Notes: a model not told the origin generated them from the sequence alone. Numbered from the stretch's first letter, positions 20,449-32,798 are shown. The stretch is 64,000 nucleotides of DNA from an uncultured delta proteobacterium (GCA_963810965.1 CAWEPT010000017.1:55741-119740); one strand, 5' to 3'. Numbers and translations: made by a program.

Positions 20449-21397
20449 ATGTCGATCTTCGACCATGAAATCAGCGTCAAAGGCAGAATGGTCAAGGTGC
20501 CCGCAATTCCGGGTCGGCGACAGCATTGTCGTTGATGAAAGGCCGAGCGTTGAAGGTGGCGGAAATCTTCGACGAGTACTGGCTGGAAAAGCGTCACTTG
20601 CCGGATCCGTTGCGGGTGATCGAAGAGATTCGAAATGCGGGGCAGGTGCCCGATCTGTTTACGTTTTCGCAACGCGTGCCCGATACGGAGCCCCGATATG
20701 ATTTCCCCATGGAATGGTCCAATTATGCCGTCATACCGCTCAGTACCTACGACCACTGGCTGAAAAAGCAGGTGTCCTCCATGACGAAGAGAAATATCCA
20801 GTCGAGCGGGAAGAGGGGGGTGGAGGTGCGGGTTATGCGCATTCGATGACGACTACGTCCGGGGGATCATGTCCATCTACAATGAGACGGCAATCCGGCA
20901 AGGGCGAAAGTTCTGGCATTACGGGAAGGATTTCGCGTCCGTTCAGAAAGAAAACGGCACCTACGCGGAGCGCAGCCTTTTTCTCGCCGCTTTTCTTGAA
21001 GGACAGATGATCGGCTATATGAAAATCGTTCTCGATGAGGACACGGCGGCGATCATGCAGATCCTGTCGAAGATGGAATTCTACGACAAGCGGCCCAATA
21101 ACGCACTCATGGCGGCGGGGGTGAGAGAATGTTGCTCGAGAGGGATAAAGCATCTCCTGTATGAAAAGTACGTCTATGAGGGAAAACCCGACAGTTCGCT
21201 GACGGAATACAAGAAAAGCAACGGGTTCATTCAGAATCGACGTGCCGCAGTATTTCGTGCCCCTGACGGCAAGGGGTTCACTGGCCCTCCGGCTGGGTCT
21301 GAACAGGAGTCAAAAGGACAAGCTGCCGTATTGGCTGACGTCCCGCCTGGTTGCCTTGAGGACAAAATGGTACGAGCACCGAATGGACAAACGATGA
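20449..21397 (+). CDS. GNAT/FemAB-like acyltransferase-fold protein (at least 3 frame changes)
   Basis: Starts at ATG 20449. Pieces are ORFs 20465-20701, 20526-20849 and 20869-21474, plus an unlisted tail frame ..LALRTKWYEHRMDKR* ending at TGA 21395-21397. Confidence 0.45.
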
Positions 21398-21448
21398 AGT
21401 GCGACAACGGAAAGCACGCAAAGGATTTCACCCTGGAGCGGAACCTGG

Positions 21449-23304
21449 ATGCCCGGAATCACCGGCCTGATTGACCTGTCCGGAAAAACAAGGAACCGCG
21501 AAGGCGTTCCCCATACCGATACCGTGGCGGCGATGATCGAGGCGATGCGATACGAGCCTTTTTACACGAGTCGGCAGTACGGCAATCCGGACGCGGGGGT
21601 CTACCTGGGCTGGGTGGGCGAAGCCGGGAAAATCGGGAGTCATCCGGGCCGGTCGAGGACGAAAAGGCCGGGCTTGATTCTTTTTGCGTCGAAGTATGCG
21701 GAGATTCCGGATCAGGAAAATTCCGGAAGGAAATGGGCAGGGTCTTCGGATCCTGAATCTCTATGAAAGAATCGGAGAAGAAATTTCCGGATCGGATCGA
21801 ACGATCGATTGCCGGATGCCTGGTGGACGAACGACGCAGGCGATGCTTTCTCTTCAGCGATCGCCTGGGAATGGAGAGGGTGTTCTGGTACGAGGACGAC
21901 GAAAAAATCCTGTTTTCCTCGGAGGCCAAAGCCATCCTCGCGGTCGTTCCTGAAACGAGGAAATTTGATCCGGAAGGATTGGGGCAGTTTTTCACTTGCG
22001 GATGCACGCTTCGGTGAAACGTCGCTGTACCGGAATGTTCGGGTGCTGCCCGGCGGGTCGGTGATGGCCTGGACGAAGGGACGCCCTGCGCGGATTTCGA
22101 GGTATTTCGACCCTGCGGAATGGGAAGCCTTGGAGCCTCTGGGGGAGAAGGCGTTCCTGGAGGCGCTCTGCGGAGCGCTGAAATCGGTCGTCGTTGCCTA
22201 CACACGGAGCCGATGCAGACCGCCGTGTCGCTGACGGGCGGGCTCGACAGCAGAATGATCATGTCCTGCCTCGATGCACCGGAAGGGACGGTCCCCTGTT
22301 ACAGCTTCGGAAGCATGTATCGGGAGACCTACGACGTCAAGGTGGCCAGGAGGGTGGCCGAGACACTGCCGCCAGCCGCACCGCGTGCTCGTTCTGGGGG
22401 ATGAACTTCCTGGGGGAATTTTTCCATCATTGATCGGGCCGTCTTCATCTCGGACGGTTACCTGGGGTTTTCCGGTGCCGCCGAACTCTACCTCAACGGG
22501 CTGGCAAGAAAGGTGGCGCCTTACGGCTCACGGGGAACTACGGCGGGGAGTTGCTCCGGGGGGTCCGGGCCTTCAAGAGCGCCAACCCCAAGGGCGGATT
22601 CCTCAAGGTGGAAATGCAAGTCCGCGTACAGGAAGCGATCAGGGAATTTGCCCGGCTCGATGGCATGAAGCCGGAGTCATTTACGCTTTTCAAGCAGGTG
22701 CCGGCCGGATACGGACGTTATGCGATCGAAAGGTCTCAGGTCACGATGCTGTCCCCGTTCCTCGATGAAGAGGTGATTCCCTTGATTTATCAAAGGCCGC
22801 AGCGATTTACCGGGGGCGAAGACCCGTCGGTCCGCGTGATCGGCCGCTGCAATCGCGGCGCTCACGGAAATCCCGACGGATCGCGGCCTGCTGGGCGGAA
22901 AAGGCCGGCCGGCGAGGGCTGCCCGTAGAATTCACCGTGAGGCGATGTTCAAACTGGAATATTGGACCGGGCACGGCATGCCGGACGGAATGGCTCGGCT
23001 GTCCCGCCTGGGTCCGGAGGCCGCCCATGAGAGGTTGTTCAGGGGGCGCCATAAATTTCAGCATTTTCGCTCCTGGATCCGTCGGGAGTGCGCTCCTGCC
23101 ATCGGGGAGATCCTTTTCGAGGGACGTCCGGCAAGCCTGGCGGAATTCATCGACTTTCCCCGGGTCGAGCGGATGATGGCCGACCACGTGCAGGGGCGCC
23201 GGAATTATGCGGAGGAGATCGACAAGGTCGTCACTGTCGTTCTCGCGGAGAGGCTCCTGCTCCGGGGGGCGGGCCGGCCGCACCGGCCGGAACTGGGGGG
23301 TTGA
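21449..23304 (+). CDS. Asparagine synthase (AsnB)-family amidotransferase-like protein lacking the N-terminal Cys (many frame changes)
   Basis: Pieces are ORFs 21449-21766, 21763-22017, 21809-22234, 22120-22404, 22551-22928 and 22945-23304. The synthetase motif SLTGGLDSRMI is present. The N-terminus reads MPGITGLI rather than MCGI. Confidence 0.7.
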
Positions 23305-23390
23305 GATTTGCCGTGAAGTACACCATAATACGGCAGTCATAACGCTCGCCCGCCGCGGGAGGCGGGGAGAACGAAAAGGAGTAAGTGGCC

Positions 23391-24671
23391 ATGACTCGAC
23401 ACGCCTTGACCATGCTGGCCGTTGCGGTGATCGGCCTGGCGGTCCTCTCCGAGACGAATGCCGCCACCATCCAGGCGGGTAATTGCAGCCAGTCCAGCAC
23501 GCAGTCGGCGATCAACTCCGCATCGAACGGGGGACACGGTGAGCGTGCCTGCGGGAAACTGCACGTGGACCTCGACCGTGACCATCCCGTCGAGCAAGCG
23601 GATCGCGCTGATAGGCGCGGGAACCGACGTGACGGTGATCACCTTCAGCCCGGCCGGGGGGACCGCCCTGAACCTTTCGAAGTCCGGCTCCCGGGTGTCC
23701 GGGTTCACCTTCCGGGAGGGGGCCATCCTCGTGGACGGCAGCAACTGGCGCATCGATCACTGCAAGCTGCAGTTCGGCGCCTGGTCCGACGGGATCACCG
23801 CGGGGTCGATCGACACGGTGAATGGCTATCACCCGACGGGGGTCATCGACCACTGCATCCTCAATAACATGCGCGTCCTGGTGATCGGGACGAATTTCGG
23901 CCTGGAAGAAAACGGCACGCAGCACGCGATGTGGAGCCCGTCCGCTGGGGCTGGGCACCAACAATGCCGTCTTCGTGGAAAACTGCACCTTCAACGGGAT
24001 CGCCAGACTCGGTGAACGCCATCGATGCGAACTACGGCGGCCGCTTCGTGTTCCGGCTACAACATGCTGAACGACATCTACGTCGAAGCGCACTCCGTAC
24101 AGGGCAACAATCGGGCAGCCAGGAGCTGGGAGATCTACAACAACACGTTCAACCAGGTCAGCAAGGCGATGTGGGTGCCGATGTTTCTGCGGGGCGGCAC
24201 CGGCGTTGTGTTCAACAATACCATCACGGGGACGTGGAATACGGCGGGAATAGCCCTGGATAATGTCCGGGATTGCGAAACCAGGGAAGTGTCCGGGCGG
24301 TGCGATGGAAGCTCGCCATGGGACGGGAACCAGGCCGGGCAGAAGCGGATACCCGTGCCGGGACCAGATCGGCCGGTCGACGGACAGTTTCCTGTGGACC
24401 GCATCGACCCCTTACCCGCCTCAGGCCCTCGATCCCGCCTATGCATGGAACAACAAGCATGGGGACCAGCGACGTTCTGTTCTTCCATCACAACAACTGC
24501 GCCAACCACATCCAGTCGGGGCGGGATTATTTCAACAACACGGTGAAGCCGGGGTACACCCCATACACCTATCCGCATCCCCTCGTTCAGGGAGGAATTT
24601 CCTCGACCCTGGCGCCTCCGGAAAACCTGCACGTGTCTCGGGTGGGCACCCTGAGAGGCCCCGGTCGATGA
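23391..24671 (+). CDS. Secreted right-handed beta-helix-like protein (possible polysaccharide lyase/hydrolase) (at least 4 frame changes)
   Basis: Signal peptide MTRHALTMLAVAVIGLAVLSETNA. Pieces are ORFs 23385-23867, 23458-24015, 24025-24546, 24263-24811 and 24273-24671. Repetitive turn-like motifs are present (IDHCKL, IDHCILNN, VFVENCTF, VVFNNTITG). Confidence 0.5.
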
Positions 24672-24830
24672 CGCCGTGGGCGCGACCGGATCTCTCTGCC
24701 CTGCCCCGGTTCGACGCTGCCCTGCCGCCATGCGTCAGATGGCGAACACGCAGGGTGTCGCATTCATGGTACTTCCGGGCTGTGCAGGGGCGGCGAACGG
24801 AGCCATCATGAAACCGGCAATCGATCCATT

Positions 24831-26179
24831 ATGCCTGCACAGATAGCGACCCTGCTCGTCGTCATCTTTATCCTGTATCTGTTCTGGACGGACCTGAAGG
24901 AGGATCAGGGAGACATCGAATGCGATATGGATCCCGATGATCTGGATGTTCCTGGCCGGATCGCGGTATGTGTCCCAGTGGCTCGACCTCGGTCAGCCCA
25001 TCGATCCCCGGGAGATCTACAGGGAGGGTAGCCCCCTCGATTCCGCGATTTTCGGCGCCCTGATCGTCGCGGGCGCCGCCGTCCTGGCGCGGCGCGGGCT
25101 GGATTGGGGCCGCCTGCTGCTGGAAAACCGATGGATCGGGTTCTACTTTCTGTTCTGCGCCATCAGCATCGTCTGGTCCGACGATTCCTTTGTCTCCCTG
25201 AAGCGATGGATCAAGGCGATGGGCGATGTCATCATGGCCTTGGTAGTCCTGACGGAGGAACGCCCGTACGAGGCGGTCGGTACCCTGCTCAGGCGTCTCG
25301 CTTTTGTGATCTTGCCTTTGTCGGTGTTGTTTATCAAGTTTTATCCCGACCTGGGACGGGCCTATCACATATCCGCCCCGATGTATACGGGCGTTGCCAC
25401 GAGTAAAAACAGCCTCGGGCAGATTTGTTTGATTTCCGGCATCTACTTTAGCTGGAGCTTGATATTCCAATGGCATGAAGAAATCGAAAAGGGCGGTATT
25501 CCTCGCGTTGCCGTCGACGCTGCTGTTTCTCGTGATGATCGCGTGGCTTTTTTATATGGCGGACAGCGCGACGTCTTTGACTTGTTGGCTCGTCGTTTTA
25601 GGACTCTTCCTGGCCGGTCGGGTTCCGGCACTGGCAAACGAACCTCGCAAATTCCTGTTTTCCGGTGTCATCGTGATCGCGCTGCTCGGTGTACTGGAGA
25701 ATACGTTGGGGATCAGCAATGCGATCATTGCAAGTCTCGGACGGAGCCCGGATTTGACGACGAGAGTCCCCCTGTGGGAAATGCTTGTGAGTCTGGATAC
25801 AAATCCATTGATCGGCGTTGGTTATGAAAACTTTTGGTCTGGCGAGCGGGTCAGCTTTATATGGAGGAAATTCCCGGGAATCATTCAGGCGCACAACGGC
25901 TATGTCGATCTATACTTGAATCTGGGAATCATCGGCCTTCTTCTCCTGGTGATCAATATCTTCATCGGGTTTGCGAACGTATTCAGAATGCTCGAATCCG
26001 ACTACGCCATTTCCATGCTGCGGATCGCATTTATTATTGCTGTCGTCTTGAATAACTGGACAGAGGCAACGATCAAGCCCGTATCGAACATGTTCGTGAT
26101 CCTGCTCTTTGGTGTCATGGACGTGTCCGATCGAGCCGGGATGGAAGACATCAGCGAAGGCACGGGCGATCGTGCATGA
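24831..26179 (+). CDS. O-antigen ligase / Wzy-like polymerase family membrane protein (2 frame changes)
   Basis: ORFs 24831-25031, 24937-25827 and 25475-26179. It is multi-TM, with a Wzy_C-like segment GYENFW...AHNGYVDLYLNLGIIGLLLL. Confidence 0.75.
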
Positions 26180-26236
26180 GGCAGAAAACAGGATCGATTC
26201 CTACGCGGGACCGGCGACCGCCGTCTGAATACAACA

Positions 26237-27223
26237 ATGAATGATCGAATCGTTGCGATTGATTTTGTGAAGGGGATACTCGTCTTATGCATGGTCGTCT
26301 ACCACACCCTGAACTATCGGGGCTATGAAACTCTCCCGCACGATTATCTTCTGTTTGTGCCCCCCTCTTTCGTCATGCTTGCCGGGTTTATTATCACACA
26401 TGTCTATGTATTTAAATACGGACTGGCCTCCAGGAATCTCGTCTTGAGATTGACCGTGAGAGCATGCAAACTGCTTCTGCTGTTTACGGTTCTCAATATC
26501 GGCGCCATGGTCATCTTCTCGAGCAAATACGGGGGGATCGGTTCGAGTCTGGCGAATTTCATGGGGAACTGGATCGAAATTTACATCCTCGGGGGCAGTC
26601 GCAAGGCCGCGTTTGAAGTGTTGCTTCCCATCGGCTATTTGCTGTTTCTGGCCATCCCGGCATTGAAACTTCAATCGTTGGTCCCGTATGCGATTGGCGC
26701 AATTTCGGCGACGACGGTTGTCGTCTGCCTGGTGGCGGAATCCTGCCATTATCCCGTGTATAATCTCTATATGATCAGCGCCGGGGCCATCGGCATGGGC
26801 ATCGGCATTTTACCGGGTCACACCCTGAATGCCGCATCCCGCTCGCCGATTGCGCTGGTGTCCTTCTACGCACTCTATTGGGCCAGCTTCCTGCTTTTAG
26901 GGGACAGATACGTGATTCAACTGTTCGCGACGCTCATCTACGTGCTTGTCGTATACGCCGCGGCGAGCCGCATCGATCTGCAGCGCTGGCTGCCGAGGCA
27001 GTCTCTTCTTCTGGGGCGCTATTCGCTATTGTCCTACATCATGCAGATCCTCTATCTTCAAATCTTGATACGGCTGTCCTTTTACAGCGTCTTCCAGTGG
27101 TTCGGCACCGTGGTCATGATCGTCCTGACAATGCTGATGACATGGATGACGATCCTGATCGTCGATTGTGCGAGGGGGAAAAACGATGCATTCGACGGCG
27201 CATACAAAAAAATATTTGCCTGA
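26237..27223 (+). CDS. Integral-membrane acyltransferase-like protein (Acyl_transf_3/DUF1624-like)
   Basis: Intact 328-aa ORF, AT-richer than its flanks. It has about 9-10 hydrophobic segments and the N-terminal motif RIVAIDFVKGILVLCMVVYH. Confidence 0.45.
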   Translation: MNDRIVAIDFVKGILVLCMVVYHTLNYRGYETLPHDYLLFVPPSFVMLAGFIITHVYVFKYGLASRNLVLRLTVRACKLLLLFTVLNIGAMVIFSSKYGGIGSSLANFMGNWIEIYILGGSRKAAFEVLLPIGYLLFLAIPALKLQSLVPYAIGAISATTVVVCLVAESCHYPVYNLYMISAGAIGMGIGILPGHTLNAASRSPIALVSFYALYWASFLLLGDRYVIQLFATLIYVLVVYAAASRIDLQRWLPRQSLLLGRYSLLSYIMQILYLQILIRLSFYSVFQWFGTVVMIVLTMLMTWMTILIVDCARGKNDAFDGAYKKIFA

Positions 27224-27318
27224 AGAACAGGAGGAGGACGAGGCATGACGGAGAAGCACCTCACCGGCGTATCCCGGAGTGAAGGACAGAGGGCGCATTG
27301 TCAAAAGGCGGTCGATCG

Positions 27319-27723
27319 ATGAAGAAGCCAGGGATCAGGTTATCTCGAACACCTGTAACCAGAGCGCAGTGCCAGGACACAGGCATGGCCGTGGTTCTCA
27401 TCCTCCTGTTGCTGGCCCTCTATTGGAATCGTGCGCCCTATCTCTATGGTGCAATCGGAGTTCACGTTCTCAACATGATTGTCCCGCAGGTGTATCGCCC
27501 GGTTGCTGTGCTATGGCTCGGGCTGGCCCACCTGCTGGGGACGGTCGTGTCCAGGGTGATCCTGACGGTTGTATACCTGGTCATCGTGACACCGATCGGA
27601 CTGGTGCGGCGCATGATGGGGATCGATTCCCTGCAATTGAAGGAATTCAAAAAAGCGGACGATTCCGTCATGCATGAGACGGAATCACACATTACCGCGG
27701 AGGACATTCAACGACCTTACTAG
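27319..27723 (+). CDS. SxtJ-family small membrane protein
   Basis: Lies within ORF 27298-27723. Two TM segments followed by PIGLVRRMMGIDSLQLK resemble SxtJ-like proteins that accompany carbamoyltransferases. Confidence 0.6.
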   Translation: MKKPGIRLSRTPVTRAQCQDTGMAVVLILLLLALYWNRAPYLYGAIGVHVLNMIVPQVYRPVAVLWLGLAHLLGTVVSRVILTVVYLVIVTPIGLVRRMMGIDSLQLKEFKKADDSVMHETESHITAEDIQRPY

Positions 27724-27738
27724 AAGGAGAGCGACCTC

Positions 27739-27888
27739 ATGGATTTTCTGAAAGACTTATGGGGATTTTTCAAACACAGGAAAAAATATTGGCTGCTGCC
27801 GATCGTCAGCGTGCTGCTCCTGTTCGGCATCCTGCTGGTGTTGACGGGCGGCTCGGCCATTGCGCCGTTCATCTACACGCTGTTCTAG
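27739..27888 (+). CDS. DUF5989-type 49-aa membrane peptide
   Basis: Below the ORF-track size cutoff. Sequence is MDFLKDLWGFFKHRKKYWLLPIVSVLLLFGILLVLTGGSAIAPFIYTLF*. GGAGAG lies 8 nt upstream, and the APFIYTLF C-terminus is characteristic. Confidence 0.65.
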   Translation: MDFLKDLWGFFKHRKKYWLLPIVSVLLLFGILLVLTGGSAIAPFIYTLF

Positions 27889-27955
27889 ACCGGAACGGAT
27901 CGAATGGAAGAGCGGTTTCTGGACTCAATCGTCGTGAATTCGGCGAGGAGCGGTC

Positions 27956-29824
27956 ATGAAGCAGGCAATCCTGGGCATATCGGCCTACTATCACGACAGC
28001 GCGGCGGCAATCCTGGTGGACGGCGAGATCGTCGCCGCCGCGCACGAAGAGCGATTTACGAGGAAGAAGCATGACCCGTCGTTCCCGCATGCACGCGGCG
28101 CGTTACGTGCTGGAGGAGGCCGGCGTCTGGAGTTCAGGGATCTTCTGGCGGTCGCGTTTTATGACAAGCCGTTCCTGACGTTCGAGAGACTGCTGGAAAC
28201 CTACGACGCTTTTGCGCCCCGGGGACTGGTCAGCTTCTGGTCGGCGATTCCGGTCTGGATCAAGGAGAAGCTGTTCATGAAGCGGATGCTCCGCGAGAGT
28301 CTCTGCCGAACTCGGGAAGGGGACGTGCCGATTTTCTTTCCGGAGCACCACCTGTCCCACGCGGCCAGCGCCTTCTACCCGTCCCCCTTCGAGGAGGCGG
28401 CGATCGTGACGATCGACGGCGTGGGCGAGTGGGCGACGACCACCATCGGGCAGGGCGCGGGGAAGCGAGATCACGATTCACCAGGAATTAAGATTTCCCC
28501 ATTCCGTGGGGCTGCTGTATTCCGCGTTCACCTACTACACGGGCTTCCGGGTCAACAGCGGGGAATACAAGCTGATGGGGCTTGCCCCCTACGGGAACAG
28601 CGGATGCGTCCCAGACGGCGGACTTCAAGTCGAAAATCGTGCGCGAGCTGGTGGACATCCGAGAGGACGGGTCGATCCTCCTCAACATGGACTACTTCGA
28701 TTATCGCGACGGGCCTGCGGATGGTCAACGAGGAGAAGTGGCTGGACCTGTTCGGGATCCCGGCCCGAGAAGCCGGAGACGGAGATTTCCCAGGACTACA
28801 TGAACATGGCGCTGGCCATCCAGCAGGTGACCGAGGAGATCGTGCTCCGGCTCTGCCGCACCGCAAAGGAAGCGCACCGGGAGCCAAAATCTCGTGCTGG
28901 CCGGAGGCGTCGCGCTGAACAGCGTGGCGAACGGCAAGGTGCTCAAATCGGGCCTTTTCGACGATATCTGGATTCAGCCCGCAGCGGGCGATGCGGGCGG
29001 CGCGGTGGGCGCAGCCTGTGCCGTCTGGCACATTTCGATGGGCAGGGAGCGCAAGACCGAGGACCGGCCAGGACGGGATGAAGGGTGCGTTCCTGGGGCC
29101 GGAGTACAGCGGAAGCCGGATCGAAAAGACCCTGCGCAGGTTCGATGCCCGGCCCGGCATTTCGAGAACTACGATGAACTGGCCGCCGACGGTCGCGAAG
29201 ATCCTGTCGGAGGGAGCCGTCGTCGGATGGTTTTCGGGCCGGATGGAGTACGGGCCCCGTGCCCTGGGAAGCCGGAGCATCCTCGGGGATGCGCGCAACC
29301 CCGAAATGCAGAAGAAGATGAACCTCAAGATCAAGTACCGGGAGGGGTTCCGGCCCTTCGCCCCGACCGTGCTGGAGGAGGATATCCAGGAGTACTTCGA
29401 TGTGGATCGTCCATCGCCATACATGCTCCTGGTCGTCCCGATCCGTGAGGACAAGAAGAAACCGGTTCCCGCCGATTACAACGACTGGAGCCTTTACGAT
29501 CGCCTCTATTTCCTGCGCTCCGACCTGCCTGCCATCACGCACGTGGACTATTCGGCGCGGATCCAGAGCGTCCGGCGCGACGTGAATCCGAGGTACTGGC
29601 AGCTGATCCGGGAATTCAAGAAGCTGACCGGCTACGGTGTCATCGTCAACACGAGTTTCAACGTGCGCGGCGAGCCGATCGTCTGCACGCCGGAGGATGC
29701 GTACCGCTGCTTCATGCGCACGGAGATGGACTACCTCGTCCTCGGCGATTACCTGCTCGACAAGAAAGAGCAGCCGCCGCTGCCGGAGACGAAGGACTGG
29801 CGGGCGGAATTCAAACTGGACTGA
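27956..29824 (+). CDS. NodU/CmcH-family carbamoyltransferase (at least 4 frame changes)
   Basis: ORFs 27956-28918, 28894-29448 and 28991-29824 plus connecting frames. Motifs include ILGISAYYHDSAAAILVDGEIVAAAHEERFTRKKHD, GRMEYGPRALGSRSILGD and NTSFNVRGEPIV. Confidence 0.85.
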
Positions 29825-29827
29825 CCC

Positions 29828-31020
29828 ATGGCCATGAAGCAACGGCTTGCCAATGTCCTGATGGTCCTCGTCTCGGTGATCATCGCGTTGCTGCTGGGCG
29901 AGGCGGGCGCAAGGGTCTTCCTGAACCCCTCGGATTACCTGTCGGCCACGCTGAAAAAGGACGGCATCCTCGGGGGGGTCATCAGCCCGGCACCGGCGGC
30001 TTCGACGCATGGGGCTACCGGAACCGATCGGTCCCCGCGAGCGTCGACATCGTGGCCCTCGGGGATTCCCACACCTACGGGAACACGGCCAGGATGGAGG
30101 AATCCTGGCCCCATGTCACGGGCGCCCTGACCGGCAGGAGCGTCTACAACATGGGCATGGGCGGGTACGGGCCGAACCAGTATTTCCACCTGATGACGAC
30201 GCGCGCCCTGGGGTTGAAACCGGCCGTCGTTCTCTGCGGCCTTTACATGGGCGACGATTTCGAGAACGCCTTTGCCATGACCTATGGGGTCGAGCACTGG
30301 TCGTACCTGAGGCAGCAGCGGTTCGAGAACATCGATGCCGACATCTGGCGGGAGCCCGAGGACGACAAAGTCCTGAAAGACCTCCGCGTCTGGCTGTCGA
30401 GGAACAGCGTGCTGTACCAGGTCGTCGTCCACGGCCCCGTGGCCGGCCGTCTCAAGGGGTACATCCAGCTGTCCCGGGCGGCCCGGGAGCCGGATCCGCT
30501 GACCACGACACTGATCGCCGAAAATGGGTCGATCCGGGAGGCGTTTCGCCCCGCCGCAATCCGGGATCGGCTGGACCTGGGCCGGAAAGAAATCCGCGAA
30601 GGCCTGCGGATCACAAAGCGGCTCCTGCAGGACATGAACGAGGCCTGCCGGAAGAGCGGGTGCCGGTTCGTCGTGGTCGTGATCCCGACCAAGGAGATGG
30701 TCTTTGCATCCTACCTGGAGCGGGATTCGTCGATCCATCTGCGCGGCGTCATCGACGAGCTGCTGGCCAACGAGCGGGCGATCCGGAAGGAGTTGTTCGC
30801 GTATTTTCAGGCAGCCGGGATCCGCTACGTCGACACGCTTCCGGCCCTGGAGCGCATGGCGGGTCAGGGCCTGTACGCGCACAGCGACCGGGACATGCAT
30901 CCCGGCAGGAACGGATACCGGGTGATTGCCGAGTCCGTTGCCGACTACGTGAGTCGCTCCGGGCTGCTGGACGGGCAGGGGGACGACCGCCGGCCCCCGG
31001 CGGGGCGGCCGTCGAGATAG
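29828..31020 (+). CDS. SGNH/GDSL-type hydrolase or acyl-esterase with an N-terminal TM anchor (frame change near 30000)
   Basis: ORFs 29828-30130 and 30052-31020. Contains the block-I motif VALGDSHTYG and a late DRDMHPGRNGY (D..H) motif. Confidence 0.6.
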
Positions 31021-31085
31021 CCGGCCGGCGCCGCGGCCGCAGGGACAATGGCGGCGCGAACGAAACGAAACGGGAGCAAGGTGTC

Positions 31086-32192
31086 ATGAAGATATTGATC
31101 ACGGGGAACATGGGGTATATCGGGCCGTCCGTCGTGGACCGGCTGCGCGAAACCTGCCCGGAGGCTATGCTCGCAGGGTTCGACATCGGGTACTTCGGCA
31201 GATGCATCACCGAGTGCCGGAGCGCTTCCGGAGTGCAGGGTCGACGTTCAGTATTTTGCGGACATGAGGCAATTTCCCGGAGGACATTCTGGACGGGGTG
31301 GATGCCGTCGTCCACCTGGCCGGCATATCCAACGATCCGATCGGAAACCGCTTCGAGGACGTGACGCTGGACATCAATCACCGGGCCAGCATCGACACTG
31401 GCGAAGAAGGCGAAGCGAATGGGGGTTCGAGTCTTTCGTGTTCGCCTCCAGTTGCAGCATGTACGGCTCGGCGGACGACAGCGCCAGAACGGAGCGATCT
31501 CCCCTGAATCCGCTGACCGCGTATGCGCGATCCAAGGCCCTCACGGAGAGGGACCTGGAACCGCTGGCCTCCGAACGGTTCAAGGTCACGAGCCTGCGGT
31601 TTTCCACGGCCTGCGGGTGGAGCGAACGGTTGAGGCTGGATCTGGTCCTGAACGATTTTGTGGCGGGAGCCGTCGCCTCGAAGCGGATCACGATCCTGAG
31701 CGACGGAACGCCCTGGCGCCCCCTGATCAACGTGAAGGACATGGCGCGCGCAATCGACTGGGCGATCGGCAGGGAAGCCGGCTGACGGGGGTGACTATCT
31801 GGCCGTGAACGTCGGGAGCGACGAGTGGAATTACCAGGTGAAAGATCTGGCGGAGGCGGTGGCCCGGGCCATCCCCGGGGTCGATGTGTCCATGAACCCG
31901 GATGCCCAGCCGGACAAGCGCTCCTACCGGGTCAATTTCGATCTGTTCCGGAAGCTCGCCCCGGCCCATCAGCCGGCCGTCGAGCCTGGCGGAATCGATC
32001 CGGGAGCTGAAGGAGGGTCTGGAGGCCATGCGGTTCAGGGACGCGGAGTTCCGGGCGTCCCGGCACATGAGGCTCAAGGTCCTGACGGAATTCCAGGAAA
32101 TGGGGCTGCTGAACGAGAAACTGCAATGGGTCAAGGCGCCCGCACGCGGGCCGAGAACCCCGGGACGCAGAGCCGCTGAGGGCATTCGGTGA
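31086..32192 (+). CDS. NAD-dependent sugar epimerase/dehydratase (SDR) (at least 4 frame changes)
   Basis: Starts MKILITGNMGYIGPSV at ATG 31086. Pieces lie in ORFs 30009-31364, 31298-31507, 31264-31785 and 31902-32192. Contains SSCSMYG and PLNPLTAYARSK (YxxxK). Confidence 0.7.
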
Positions 32193-32235
32193 GAAGCCCG
32201 TCGCGGCACGTTCAAATCAGGAGGAACGGATACCA

Positions 32236-32798
32236 TGATTTTCACCGAAACGAAATCTGAAGGGAGCCTACATCATCGACATCGAACGCCTGGAGGATTC
32301 ACGCGGCTTTTTCGCGCGGGCCTTCTGCCAGAAGGAGTTTGAGACGCACGGCCTCAAGCCGATCATCGCGCAGGCCAACGTCGCTTTCAACCACAAGAAA
32401 GGCATCCTGCGCGGCATGCACTTCCAGTACCCGCCTGCGGCGGAGACGAAGCTCGTGCGCTGCACGCGCGGGGCGATCCTCGACATCATCGTCGATCTGC
32501 GGCCGGAAAGCCCCACCTACCTGCAGCATATCGCCGTCGAGCTGACGGAGGACAACAACCGCGCCCTGTATGTGCCGGAGCGTTTCGCGCACGGATATCA
32601 AGTGCTGCGGGACAAAACGGAAACGAGCTACCAGGTGGGCGAGTTCTACACGCCGGGCGCCGAGGGCGGCCTGGCTACAATGATCCCCGCCTGGGGCTTG
32701 ACTGGCCGCTGCCGGTCTCGGTGATTTCGGAGAAGGATCAGAAGTGGAAACTGCTCGACGAGATCGAGCCGGAACTGAAGCGGCGCATGAGCCTCTGA
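32236..32798 (+). CDS. rfbC: dTDP/CDP-4-dehydro-6-deoxy-sugar 3,5-epimerase (RmlC cupin) (2 frame changes)
   Basis: Starts at ATG 32236. The core lies in ORF 32416-32724 (GILRGMHFQYPPAAETKLVRCTRGAILDIIVDLR, YVPERFAHGY). The tail frame ends at TGA 32796-32798. Confidence 0.8.
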
